From: Leucoraja erinacea
Lineage: Eukaryota
Reading direction: 5' to 3'
Length of the DNA stretch: 64,000 bases
Assembly (NCBI RefSeq): GCF_028641065.1
Contig: NC_073401.1
Coordinates: 23,126,001 to 23,190,000 of the forward strand
Below, one piece after another: positions 26,226-38,490 of this stretch. The stretch's first letter is position 1; each line of letters starts with the position of its first letter. A program made the translations under genes and the position numbers. The notes under the pieces were generated by a model, which was not told the DNA's origin, ran no database searches, and saw only the letters and a program-made list of their open reading frames with translations.

Positions 26226-26755
26226 AAGGTTCCAGTTTCTGACACAGAAATGGGATGATGGTTGTGTATTTATTCTTCTCTTTGTGCCAAGACATTTGCC
26301 TTTTGATCTAGTGTAAAGCAATATATTTCTTCATTGCCAACTTCTTCCTCCTACCTCTCCCCATCGCCTCCTTCCTTATCTTTCTCCTGGCTCCCTTGCC
26401 AAGGTTAATTTATTACATCCTCTCTAATCCTGCTCGTCCTAAATATTTCCCTGTATCTCAGTTTCAAATAATGTCATGTCACAGGTGAATAACAGTTATT
26501 TCTGATAATAAAGTCACCCTATGAACATGGGCATGCCAAATTTTGAAAGACTGTAGAGATACATACAAGGTCAGACTGGCTGTCTAATTGTTTTTATAGA
26601 TATAACATATTCAATTTGGTTCATAGATTCTAAACAATGCACAGACCTGTATTATCCATGTATCCACCATCATCGGCATTTCCCAACACTGAATGTTTTC
26701 TTATGTACTGAGAAGTTCGGAAACAAAAGAATAACATGAGAAGGCAGTCGAGCAG

Positions 26756-27187
26756 ACCGCTTTTCGGGGCTTCCGCAACGGCGACTTCTCCCGCACGAGT
26801 TGTGGGGTTGAAAATTACCTGGAGCAGGGCCTTACATCGCCCGGCAGGGCTTTAAATGGCCACGGGACTTGTTAGCGCCCACCGGGGGCTCCAACACCAA
26901 GACCCGGAGCGTGGCCTTGCATCACCCGGCGCGGGTTTAATGGCTGCGGGACACGTACCATCGCCCGCCTGGGGCTTTGACTGACATCGGGAGGAGAATG
27001 AGGAGTGCAGGGGAGAGATAAGACTTTGCCTTCCATCACAGTGAGGAGGAGATTCACTGTGATGGATGTTTGTGTAAATTGTGTTGTGTCTTGGTTCTTT
27101 TTCTTGTGTGTATGACTGCAGAAACCAAATTTCGTTTGAACCTCAATGAGGTTCAAATGACACAATAAAATTGTATTGTATTGTATT
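26756..27187 (+). mobile_element. Non-autonomous retroposon with internal ~83-bp GC-rich tandem units and a CAATAAA+(TTGTA)n tail
   Basis: GAGCAG direct repeats at 26750-55 and 27188-93 (candidate TSD); two units beginning CC(T/C)GGAGC..GGCCTT(A/G)CATC(G/A)CCCGGC. Confidence 0.65.
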
Positions 27188-28029
27188 GAGCAGTGAACAA
27201 CTTCATTGAAAAAGGCATTTTGTTTTTCTCCTCAATAGAAATTGAAAGTTAGACCTGATCACGAGTTCCATTCTGGCTGATGGGACTTGGAACCTACATT
27301 GGTTTATCACACTTTGTACTGCACCAAGAGTGAAGTTACACCACATAACAAACTTGGGCCCAATCTAAATATGACACTAAACCTCAAAGTCTTATTTAGG
27401 CGGTCAAACTATTCCACTAAGAGTTAAGCAGAAAAAGTTTGAGTGAAGTACAAATGGCAGCATAGACTAGTTGAGCCAAGAAGCCTAATTTTGTGCTAAG
27501 TATTCCACATATAATTCAAGGAATCTCACCAAATGGTGTACAGATAGACGTGTTATGCATCATACTGCCCCCTGCTGATCATGGCAGAAAAGTTCAGAAA
27601 AGGAAAGTACTGTACACAAAGTTGGTCCAATAGCTCCTGACCATATTATTATTCAACCCACCATGTCTGGAGGGCAGCTAATTGCAATTCAGTTGTTTTT
27701 GACATGTGAATTTAGTTTACCAGTCATTTATAAACCTCAGACTTTGGGAGGAGAGCAGAAGCCCTTAACTGCAATGCAGACAGAAACAATGAACTACTGT
27801 ACACTTGCCACGGCAGGCAGAAGCCAAACAGGTCAGGACTTCCCAATGTTAAGGCAGCGGAAAATATGAAGAAAACTACAAGTTGGCATGCAACAACTGA
27901 CTGAGACCAGAATCAAGTTACTGAACAGGCTGCGGTGTAATACAAGAAACTTCATTCCTTCTACATTCCACCTGAAATTAGCACCTCATGTGCAGTATGG
28001 CATGTCTAAATATGGCATATCAGTAAAGA

Positions 28030-28715
28030 TCTCATATTCATACCCTTCATATTCTGCTTGACTAGCTTACAACCCAGTGGTATGAACATTGCATTTCTCA
28101 ATTTCAGGTAATAATCCCCCTACTCCAGTGCACACACATTTCTCCCATCACCTCAGTCATCCTGAAGGTAGACATATAGCGCTGCAGTAGCCCAGCGGGT
28201 CAGGCATTTGGAGAAAAGGGATGGGTGATGTTTCAACTCGTAACATGTTCCAGAGGTACTGCCTAACCCATTGGCTTACTCCAGCACCATGTGTCTATTT
28301 TTGGTATAAACCAGCATCTGCAATTCCTTTCTACACTACTCAGTCATCCTGATCCTTTCCCCATACACTCATTTCCCAGCCCGTGTTATATTTCCATTTT
28401 ATCCCCCTTCATCCATGTACCCTTCGACCCACATCCCTCCCTGTGGCTTGACATTTCACTCCTCTTAGCTGACACACTTTTTGTCTTCTTTCCACCTCTA
28501 ACCTTTGTCAATCATTTGATAATCACTCATCTCCACTGTATCCACCTATTACTTGCCAGGCTTTGCCCCATCCCTACCTCTCCTTTTCAGCTTTCACCCT
28601 CTTATGCAATCAGACTGAAGAGGGACCCGACCCAAAACGTTGTCCATCCATTCCCTCCGAAGATGCTGCCTGACGCGCCAAGTTCCTCAAGCATTTTGCT
28701 TTTTGCTCAAGTTCA
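28030..28715 (+). mobile_element. Penelope-like 3' fragment with a nested fold-back terminal repeat
   Basis: GCTTACAACCCAGTGGTATGAACATTG; fold-back at 28165-28335; core CTGAAGA-GGGA-CCCG-ACCC-AAAACGTT at ~28615 with GAAA mutated. Confidence 0.7.
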
Positions 28716-29849
28716 GACGGGAGCTGATTCCCCTTTTTCTAAAACTGGCATCTATTCTAATTGCACTGAAAGTGTTGATAATTAGTACAGAACAACAGCC
28801 TTGAACACAGTTTGACTTTCACGCTGCCTAAGGCGCTAATTACTGTAGCAGTATCAGTTTGCAAACATTGATGGTTCTGCAAAATTCCAGAAAGACTTAA
28901 TGAAAGTGAATTTCTTTGTAAACACACATTATGGTATAGGAAAAGCATTATATCACAGTACTGCGAGTAGTTTTATATTTTAATGCAAACTGGGAATTAA
29001 TAATTAAATGAAAATAAATATTTTTGGAGAATGTAAAACAGCAAAAGGGGATAATAAAGTATGATATTAAAATATGAGGTATAAGGTAGACCGGAACATT
29101 GCAGAAAGAGAACATAAGCCAAAAGAGACTGTGAAGAAACAAAAAAACCCAAATGAGAACAAGGCAGATAAAATGTGAGATATAATGCACATTGTACAAT
29201 CCCTGTGAGCATCTTTCATTTTGCTCCTTTCCTACATTTTCCAATGACATTGGTCCCTCCAATTTACAGTACAAATCATAAGAAGTTTTTATATGCTGCA
29301 AGGCAATCTTAAATTTTCTGCACCAACAAACCAATTACAACAGCTGCCTAGCCCACGACGGAAGATTCCAATTGACTGTAGAACAAGAACTCGTCTGGAG
29401 GGGGAAGCTGCCAAGACTTTGTAAGCGCCCTTCATGGGCAACCACTGCATACCTTGGCACACAAAGAATTTCATTGTGACAATAAAGTATTCATTTATAT
29501 GGACTCTGGGCTGCTTCTACAAATTTTGTACTTAATCTGGGATTGCATTTATGTATGGCAATAATCTTACTGAACTGTGCATAAAAATAACTTCTCTGTA
29601 CTTTGGTACATGTAAAATAAACTATTGATATTATCCTTTATATTAACTAATTATTACCCAGCAAATGGCAACCATGTTGGCGAGGCATAAGACTAAACTC
29701 AAGTTCCAGTTGGGATTTCAGCACAAAACTTGAAGTAGAAATTCAAGTGCAGTCCAATGGCAGGGGTACTGTTGGGCAAGGTCCTACCTACTGTACAGGT
29801 GGATGCAAAATAAACACCGATAGCAACACATGTAGATGGAGTGGAAAAG

Positions 29850-30110
29850 AAATAATTGGCATAGAAAGGATAGACAGTCAAAGCCTTTTTATTAAGTTGG
29901 AAATGTCAAAGACGAGAGGGCATAGCTTTTAGGTGAGAGTGGCAAACTTTAAAGAAAATGTGCGGGGCAAGTTAGTTACCCAGATTTGTGGATGCCTGGA
30001 ACGCACTGCCCAGGGTGGTGGTGGAGGCAGAAAAGAGAGTGGTATTGAAGGGGATTTTGGATAGTCATGAGGATATGCGAGGAATGGAGAGATATGAATC
30101 ATATGCAGGC
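29850..30110 (+). mobile_element. CR1 LINE 3' fragment
   Basis: Encodes KTRGHSF and AWNALPRVVVEA. Confidence 0.7.
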
Positions 30111-30915
30111 AACAATTTATTTAACGTGCTATCATGTTCAGTATGTATATTACTTAGAAAGTGCCTAGCAGCATCGTCTGAGGAGCTAAATACCAAGGTA
30201 TTTGAAAGGTATATTCTGGACAAGAGGAGAACAGAAAGAGTAAACGCAAAAGGGGCAATATTTGCATTAAGCCACAGCACATGGGTAAGATTCTTAGTTG
30301 AGAACTGGTGCTTCTAGAGATAATTGTAGTTGGAGGTTTCAGTTGGGATAGTGAAATTCTAGAACACTTTAAAATTAAAAAGTAGATATCTTAGCAGGCA
30401 TACACATGGATAAATCCCCAGGGCATAATGAGGTGTATTCCGGGAGACAAGGGAGGTTATGACTTTCTTTCTTTCGACAGGTGAAAGCTGCGCTGAATGC
30501 ACTTAAATCATCAAGGCATCAAACACACTGACCTAATGTGGGTAAATGGGATTAGTTTAGATGGATGCAATAATTGGCAAGGATAATTTGGTGTAACATA
30601 ATTTAAAAAAACCTACAAACCCCCCCAGAATAAACCTATTCCATCTCAATTGTACATCATCTTCCATTTCCCATCCATCTCTACTGTTGAACTTTCTGAA
30701 GGAGCTTGTAATTTATATACCAAGCAGTGCAAAAATATGGGCAAATAAGCTATAGGGCTTTATACCATTATGACAAGTAATATGTTTGGTGAAATTGCAA
30801 TTGTAGCTCTAGTTGTAGTATCAGCTGATTAGTTAGTACAGTATAGCTTTGATGTTGATGTATGTGTACTATAGTTTGAAATACCGTGCATAGATATAGG
30901 ACGCACACAACTCCA

Positions 30916-30936
30916 TTTATTAAATTACTTTTTATT
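30916..30936 (-). terminator. Candidate CTU1 polyadenylation signals (two AATAAA on the minus strand)
   Basis: TTTATT at 30916-21 and 30931-36, about 1.7 kb downstream of the CTU1 stop; not confirmed by transcript data. Confidence 0.4.
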
Positions 30937-32597
30937 AAAATAAGTCCAGCTGTTAATGTGTATAAATATAAAACTAAATAGATTGACTCTGTACCAAGTT
31001 AAACATGTTTAATGTATAACCACAACAGGCTGCATTGTCAGAGCAGTACAGCGCAGACATCATTGTAAACCATTTACCTCAATCATCACAAAACCCTCAA
31101 ATATCTTTTAGACTGAGAGGCTAAAATATTGTAAATAAATTATTTTTACTAAAACAGATACTATTTTAAAACCATTGGACTTACTTATCTGGTCAAGAAC
31201 ATGGTTCTGACCTTACGTTTGTGGGTAGGTTCAAGTATGGATAGACTGGAGAATTAACTGAAGAAACTCCTCCATACTCATTTCTGCCAAGTACAATTCC
31301 CAGTATTTAAAAACAGAAAGAGCCAGAATGAATACCTGTACATGTTATTGAAAGTTATGAGCACTTTTAGGTACCAAGTAGGTAGAACAGCCACCAATGT
31401 GCTAAACTGTGTAGCCTAAAATAAAAACAGCAGAAACAGTTATCATGTTAGGCAGCATTGTTAGAAATGAATAAAAGAATATTTGAAGTCAAAGATCTTT
31501 TTATCAGAACTGGAAAAGCGCAAAAATAATTCAGTTTAAATTTGCAGAGCGTAGGAAAGGGATTAATAGCTGATTAGACAAGGACACAGTTGCGCTGGAG
31601 ATAGTCTTGGTTAAATCTGTTTCTGTTTTCCCACAAGTTGCCTGACCTGCATCATTTTTTTCAACATTTTTCTATTTCAGATTTTCAGCATCTGCTGTTT
31701 TTTTTAATTTTCAGTAAATAGTCTGGGCTGACTAGAACTCAGATTTATGTGCCTCCCACACACAGCAGCTGTGTCCAAATCAATTAAAGACATACCATAG
31801 GAAGGATATCACTGAATCATACAGCATGGAAACAGGCCCTTTGGCCCAACTTGCCCACATCGGCCAACATGTCCCACCTACATTAGTCCCATCTGCCTGC
31901 GTTTGGCCCATATCCCTCTAAACAGATTCTAGCATGAAGCACTCCAGATAACAGCAATTTGTTGCTCTTTTTCTCTGGGCATTCTTTCCCCGTCCAACTA
32001 CAAAGTTTATATTTCCAATTATGAGAAAATCTGACGAATTCTGCCCAATTGAGCCAAATTAGTTGTGTTCTTTCACAAAATAGGAAGAATACAGAAATAT
32101 CAAGGTTATAATGCACTCTTCCTCTCGAAGAAGAAATTTCATCACATTTGCTGCGTTTGTTTTTGCTTCCTATAATTACATTAAAGCTTGTGAATATAAA
32201 GACATGATAAACTATTTTTTATAACATGGTGCAAATTATAAATTACCCATCTTTAACTATTGTACATGACCTTCATCTAATATACTCAAAAATCCTAGTG
32301 CTTTCCCAAAAAAATCAGTATTATAATTCTATTGTATGAAAAAAAAAAACAGAATGGTGCTGGACCCTCAGCTCCAGATTCCATCTGTTAAATATGAATC
32401 CAAATGTTGCAATGACAAGAGGATAGTCCTTGCCATTTTACTTAAACATTTGGAATTTTGCTTCATGGTATTGCTTCGTTGGCAGCAGTCAACATGATAA
32501 ATAGGATTGTTTGAGCAATACGATACAGTTTAATCAAAGCACCTTAGTCTTAAATTGGCCAGTTGATATGTTAAAGCAGCTTCAGTCAGATACACAT

Positions 32598-33127
32598 TCA
32601 GAAATCAACTGCTCTTAATTTCTTCATCTCTGCCTCAGTGAGTGGTTCCTTATTTAGCAATCGATTATGCAATTTTGCATGCTTGCCGATACCGAGTTTA
32701 GGAAGTCCACGGTTCAGTCCCTCCAACAAAACGCAAGCCTTGCAGAGTCCTTGGCTAGAAATGTAACCACACCGTGTGCACGTGCCTTGTGTGGGCATCT
32801 TCACATCCTCCTTCACAGAGAGGTTTTCACCAGAGTGAATCACATCCATAATAGCACTTGGCCGTATTGACTCCAAGTCTTTCAGGAAAGCACGCGCATA
32901 GCCCCTGTATGCATTAGGGGAATACACACATTCAGTGGAGAAGTAGTCCAGCTTTTTGAAGTAAGCATACAGCACTATTTCTTTCTCATAAGCATACTTG
33001 AGAGGTTTGCAACGAGGAATTGCCCCTTCACTATCCGTGGTAATTGCTGTACAGCGGCGCAGTCGAGCAATGTCTCCACGCAGGAAATTCATCAAGACGG
33101 TCTCAGCAATATCATCTGCATTGTGAC
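32598..33127 (-). CDS. CTU1: Cytoplasmic tRNA 2-thiolation protein 1, last coding exon
   Basis: Acceptor CATGCTCAG|GT completes [20 protein letters not shown]; [20 protein letters not shown]; C-terminal CxxC...CxxC; TGA stop. 496+530 nt gives 341 aa. Confidence 0.97.
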
Positions 33128-34148
33128 CTGAGCATGAAAGGAATAAAAGGAAGGTGCGGTTAATCGTTTAAACACACTGGTACACTTGTTCCTGGATGGA
33201 TGGATGCATTTCATCTACACGGCAGTTCACCTCTAGCTGGTCTTCAAAGTAAAAATAGTCAGACTATTAAGCCATCAGAGTACATAGAATTTTGGGAAAG
33301 CAGTGTTGGTGTGAAGTACTGGATTAGTTGAGGTTCAGCCATATAATATGATCCCTGTCAGATTAAGACTACACAACTAAAATAAATTTTTTTAAATCTC
33401 AAAAGCCTATCTGCACAAATATTTTTGGTGCCCATGTCTAAAATTAATTGTGAAAGCAAGCTTTGAGCATTCCATTATTTGATTATTTTCTATTTCTGTC
33501 CTTTAATGCAGAAATATTTCCAAAGCTTTAGTATCCCATTTATGCCGATGACATTTTACATTATTTAATCCAGATTTAACTGTAATTTAATGTAATGAAT
33601 GATTCTGGGAAGATTCCCCAATGTTAAAGCAAGTGCAAAATACTGTTGCTAAAACAGTGTAATTATCACCAAGTGGATCTATACCAGTAAATTTCCAGTT
33701 AGCCGGTTTGCTTCCATGTTTGTGGGGGAAATAACAAGTAAAGTGGACGATGAAGGACGAGAAAGATTAACATATTCCAATGGGTTTGATTTGGGGAGGA
33801 GAGGGTGGAGATAACAAATAATTCTACACATTTAATAGCTAGCATAATATGGAAACTGGCATAAATATAGAAGCAAATGACATTTAACAAAATAAGGCTC
33901 GAACTAATGTTAAAAATTACTTAGACTTTAGAAAAGAGAGAAGAAAATGTTACAGTAAGAACTATTCTTAAATTGAATCTACTCAAATAAAATAAATGGG
34001 GTTGTTCAAAATCTCATTAAAAAGATTAGAGGGGTAGAGATAGGAGAAATATATTTATTCAATGGAACTGGATCAAAGTCCCAGCAAATATTTTGAAACC
34101 ACTCAAAACGCATGCTTGTAGGAATGTAGGAAGTTATCAATGCCTTAC

Positions 34149-34644
34149 CTGTGCAGACCTTGTCTACTTTCAGCATCATGGCCCCACGATCAAGAGCTTG
34201 CCGTCTGAAGACCCCACAAAATGTGCAATTGTTCTTCAAACCAACTTTCCTCACAATCTGGTCCATTGTCCAGCCGTATAACTCTTCGTAGGAAATAATC
34301 TTCAGTGGCAGATCATACTGTTGCTGGTTTCTCTTTACTGTCTCCAAGGAATCATCACGATAACCACTGATGCCTTCGTCCACAGAAAGCAGCATCAGAT
34401 TTAAGCCATAATTATATCGATCATTTAAGACTTTCAAAACATGAGCTAGAACAGTTGAGTCTTTCCCACCAGAAGCCCCAATTCCAATGGTCTCTCCCTT
34501 CTGGAAAAGCTTGGCAGATACGATCATCTGATGCGTCTCCTCTTCGAAAGCCCAGAAAAAGCACTCTTTGCAGAGGGTGTGCCCTGTTTTGGGACGCCTG
34601 AGAACTGCTGCATTCTTGCCACAGCAGCTGCAGTGAACCGGCAT
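34149..34644 (-). CDS. CTU1: CTU1, first coding exon (exon starts at 34656)
   Basis: Acceptor TTTTTCCAG|ATTAGCTTCGAC ATG; MPVHCSCC...LCKECF, PP-loop [18 protein letters not shown]; phase-1 donor ACAG|GTAAGG. Confidence 0.97.
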
Positions 34645-34856
34645 GTCGAAGCTAATCTGGAAAAACAGCCAAAATGACTTGTTATGCGAGGCGCAACAAA
34701 GTAAAACGGAGCTTAATTGGAAATACAAACACATGGACTTTGTTCATCTTATTAGGAGCTGCACTGCTACTAGTGCCATGACAACTAGAGTCACAAATCT
34801 AGACCGATTGCTTTGGTTTGATTAGGAGGTTTGTAATTAGGAGGCAGCCAAGACCC

Positions 34857-34910
34857 AGGGTGGAAGATTGCAACCTTCACGTGGTCCGCCCTGTTTCGAC
34901 TAATGCAATC
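34857..34910 (+). ncRNA. Predicted HDV-like self-cleaving ribozyme, 54 nt
   Basis: P1 AGGGTGG/CCGCCCT (34857-63/34886-92), P2 GATTGCA/TGCAATC (34866-72/34904-10), P3 ACC/GGT, L3 TTCACGT, P1.1 G34893, vestigial P4 around TTCG, J4/2 CTAA with the catalytic-position C at 34900. Confidence 0.8.
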
Positions 34911-34994
34911 AACTCGACGTGCACAAAACGGAAGACAAATAGAACAAGTTGTCCAACAACTTTAGGCTGTGCACGCCACACGAAAGAAGAAGAA
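34857..34994 (+). mobile_element. ~135-nt retroposon (copy 1): minimal HDV-like ribozyme head plus Vingi/ingi-like tail
   Basis: Flanked by AGCCAAGA(T)CCCA duplications (34846-57 and 34994-35006); ends GCCACACG(AAAG)(AAG)n; near-identical to copy 2 at 50946. Confidence 0.85.
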
Positions 34995-36199
34995 GCCAAG
35001 ATCCCAGGGTCCTCGTTGCCTAGCGACCATAAAAACAAAGTGCGCGATTGAGGTCGGATGCCAATTGACCAATGTCGGACGTGCATTGCTTGGAAAATTT
35101 GAGGTTTTTCTCATATGTTTAATAAATGTGCAGGTTTTGGTCTTGACGCGTTTCAGGTATAATTTATAATATTTTTACACAATATGTTAAAAATTCCGGT
35201 AGTTCCGTTAGTTGGGTCACGAACTTGAACGAAAAAGCTCCTCGGTCCACAGCCTATATAGTGGTGTTTTACATAAGCACATAGAAATTCAGGAAATGGA
35301 AGGATCTGGATTACATGCAGGCAGAAGAGACCAGTTCAACTTGGCATAAGGCACAGACATTGTGGGGTGAAGGGCCAGTGCCTGTGCTGCTCTCTGTTAC
35401 GCAATCACAAAGCAAAAAATCTTCAGGCACTGCAGTCTTCTCATGCTCTAAACTAAGCATTTCATCTATATTAGATGGACCCATGAAAGTCTCACGCTCA
35501 TTTGTACATTTGTACCTCCACCCTTGCCAAGCACTGCAACCTCATGACAATGAACACAAATAGAACAGAAATCCAGTGCCATTTTGCAGTCTGGCCAATA
35601 ACGATCTGGTTGACATTTAAATGCCCTTCAAAATGGCCACTTATTTAAAAAGCTAAAATAAAACTGCACAGACATCTCAATACAAGCCTAGACACCAAAT
35701 TTGGAAAAGGTGTAGATACTTCTAGCTCAATTTAGACTGACATCTAAATTGGGAGAGTTGTCTCAGTCTGCAAAGGAAGCAGCTTCAAGGCAGCTCTATT
35801 ATGACCGTTGCGGATATCCTGTCCAACTGCTTGTCAGAATCAAATAAAATGTGATCATACTGTGTTACATAGTCACAATCAGTAATTTGAGGAATTCTCA
35901 ACATCAACCATAATGGCTCTCAACCAATGAAGGAGCATTGGATTATGTCAGTCACAGTTAAGGGAATCTTTGCTGATTACCACTGACCGTCATTCCTTAG
36001 ATGAGACATCAGTACTCCTTCATGTTATAGGCAGTACTCAAAGTAGCAAGGACAGAATTGACTTTGGGTGTGAGCCTTCAGGTAGCTCAGAGGCACCACC
36101 AATGACAACTCTGGCTTGGACCTGACGAACATAGCTGCCTGACATTCACAGGCAGGCAATTTAAAGAAATCGGATGTGTCAGTATTGCAGCTGAGCAAA

Positions 36200-38490
36200 G
36201 GGGACTACAGAGGCATGAGCTGGCTAACGTTTACTGGAAAGGAACCCTAGCAGGGGTGACGGTGGAACAGCTATGGCAGGAATTTCTGGAAAAAATCTGT
36301 AAGACGCAGGATCTTTTCATTCCAAAGATGAAAGATTCTAGGGGGAGAAAGAGTTGACTGTGGCTGACAAGGGAAGTCAAGGACAGTATAAATCTAAAAG
36401 GAAGAGAAGCAAAGATTAGTGGGAAGCTAAAGGATTGGGAAACTTTTAAAGAACAGAAGGGAACTAAAAAGACAATACACAGAGAAAAGATGAAATACGA
36501 AGGTAAACTAGCCAATAATATAAAAGTGGATTGGAAGAGATTCTTCAGTTACATAAAGAGTAAGAAATAGGCAAGAGTGGAAGCTGGGCCGTTGGAGAAT
36601 GGTGCAGGAGAAATGATAATGGGGAATAAAGAAATGGCAGAGTGGTTGAATAACTTGAATAGCATCAGTCTTCACGGTGGAAGACATTTGCAACGTGCCC
36701 GAAATTCAGGAGTCAGAGGTGGAAGTTAATGGAGTTGCTATTATTCGGGAGAAGGTGCTTGGGAAGCTGAAAGGGCTGAAGGTGGATAAGTCACCTGGAC
36801 CAGATGGAATGCACCCTAGGTTTCTGAAAGCGGTGGTTTTAGAGATTGTGGAGGCATAGACAGTGATATTTCAAGAATCACTAGTAGTGGTCCCAGATGA
36901 TTGGAAAATTGCCAATATTAGCCGCTGCACAAAAAGAGAGCAAAGCAGAATAGTGGGAACTATAGGCCAGTTAGACTGACTTTGGTGGTTGGTAAGATTT
37001 TAGAGTCCATTGTAAAGGATGAGGTTACGGAGTACTTGGAAGTTCACGATAAAATAGGCCAAAGTCAGCATGGCTTTGTGAAGTGGAGGTCTTGCTTGAC
37101 AAATTTGCTAGAATTCTTTGAAGAAGTAAATAGCAGGATAGACAAAGGAGAGTCAGAAAGCCTTTGATAAGGTGCCACACGTGAGGCTGCTGAGGAAGAT
37201 GAGAGCCCACGGTATCAAAGGGCAGATAGTAGCATGGATAGCAGGTTGGCAGAAAACAAAAAGTGGCAATAAAGGGGATTTTTCTGGTTGGCTGGCATTG
37301 ACTGGCAGAGCTCCATAGGGGTCGGTGCTGGGACCGCTACTGTTCACGTTGTATATTAATGATTTGGACGAGGGGATTGTAGGCTTTGTGGCCAAGTTTG
37401 TGGATTATATGAAAATAGGTGGAAGGGCAGGTAGTGTAGAGAAACCAGGGACTCTGCAGAAGGATCTATGGAGCGAAGGAAATAGGCAAAGTTTCGGGCA
37501 GAAACCCTTCTTCAGACTGAAGAAGGGTTTCGGCCCGAAACGTTGCCTATTTCCTTCGCTCCATAGATGCTGCTGCACCCGCTGAGTTTCTCCAGCTTTT
37601 TTGTGTACCTTCGATTCTCCAGCATCTGCAGTTCCTTCTTAAACACTCTGCAGAAGGAATTGTACTGGTTGGGAGAGTGGGCAGAGAAGTGGCAATGGAA
37701 TATAGTGTAGCAAAGTGTGGAGTCATGCATTTTGGTAGTAGGAATAAGGCATAGACCATTTTCTAAATGGGGAGAGAATCCAGAAATCGGACATGTAAAG
37801 GGACTTGGGAGTGCTGGTGCAGGATTCCAAAAAAGATAATCTGCAAGTCGAATCAGTAGTAAAGAAAGCAAACACAATGCTAACATTTATTTCCAAGAGG
37901 GTTTGTATACAAAAACAGGAACGTAATGCCGAGGCTCTATAAGGTGCTGGTTAGGCTGCATTTGGAATATTGTGAGCAATTTTGGGCACCATGTCTGAGG
38001 AAGGATGTACTAGCTCTGGAGAGGGTCCAGAGGTGGTTTACAAAAATGATCCCAGGAATGAAACACTATGATGAGTGTTTGTCTGCACTGGGCATGTACT
38101 CCCTGGAGAATGAGGGGAGACCTCATTAAAATATACAGAATTGTGAAAGGCTTGGATAGTGTGGATGTGGAGCATATGTTTCCACTAGTGGGAGAGTTTA
38201 GGACCAGAGGTCATAGCCTCAGAATTGAAGGACATTCTTTTAGGAAGGAGAGGAGGAGAAATTACTTTTGTCAGAGGGTGGTGAATCTGTGCAACAGAAG
38301 GTTGTAGAGGCCAAGTCAGTGGATATTTTTAAGGCAGAGATAGATAGATTATTGATTAGTACAGGTGTCAGAGGTTATGGGGAGAAGGCAGGAGAGTGGG
38401 GTTAGGAGGGAGAGATAGATCAGCCATGATTGAATGGCAGAGTAGTCTTTATGGGCTGAATTGGCTAATTCTACTCCTAACACTTATGAC
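36200..38490 (+). mobile_element. CR1 LINE, ~2.3-kb decayed ORF2 and 3' end, in CTU1 intron 1 (antisense)
   Basis: KSPGPDGMHPR.LK, SQHGFVK.RSCLTNLLEFFEEV, LGPLLFTLYINDLDEG...KF, LYKVLVRLHLEYCEQFW, RTRGHSLRI; many frameshifts; tail ATGACCTT. Confidence 0.92.
37465..37644 (+). mobile_element. Young Penelope-like terminal-repeat insertion with 51-bp fold-back and minimal hammerhead core
   Basis: 14-bp TSD ACTCTGCAGAAGGA (37451-64 and 37645-58); arms 37465-37515 and 37517-37567; core CTGAAGA-A-GGGT-TTCG-GCCC-GAAA-CGTT at 37517-37544. Confidence 0.85.

Noticed and set aside
34645-34734. N-terminal extension of CTU1 in the ORF track
   Set aside because: Most of it lies upstream of the acceptor at 34657; the conserved start is ATG 34644.
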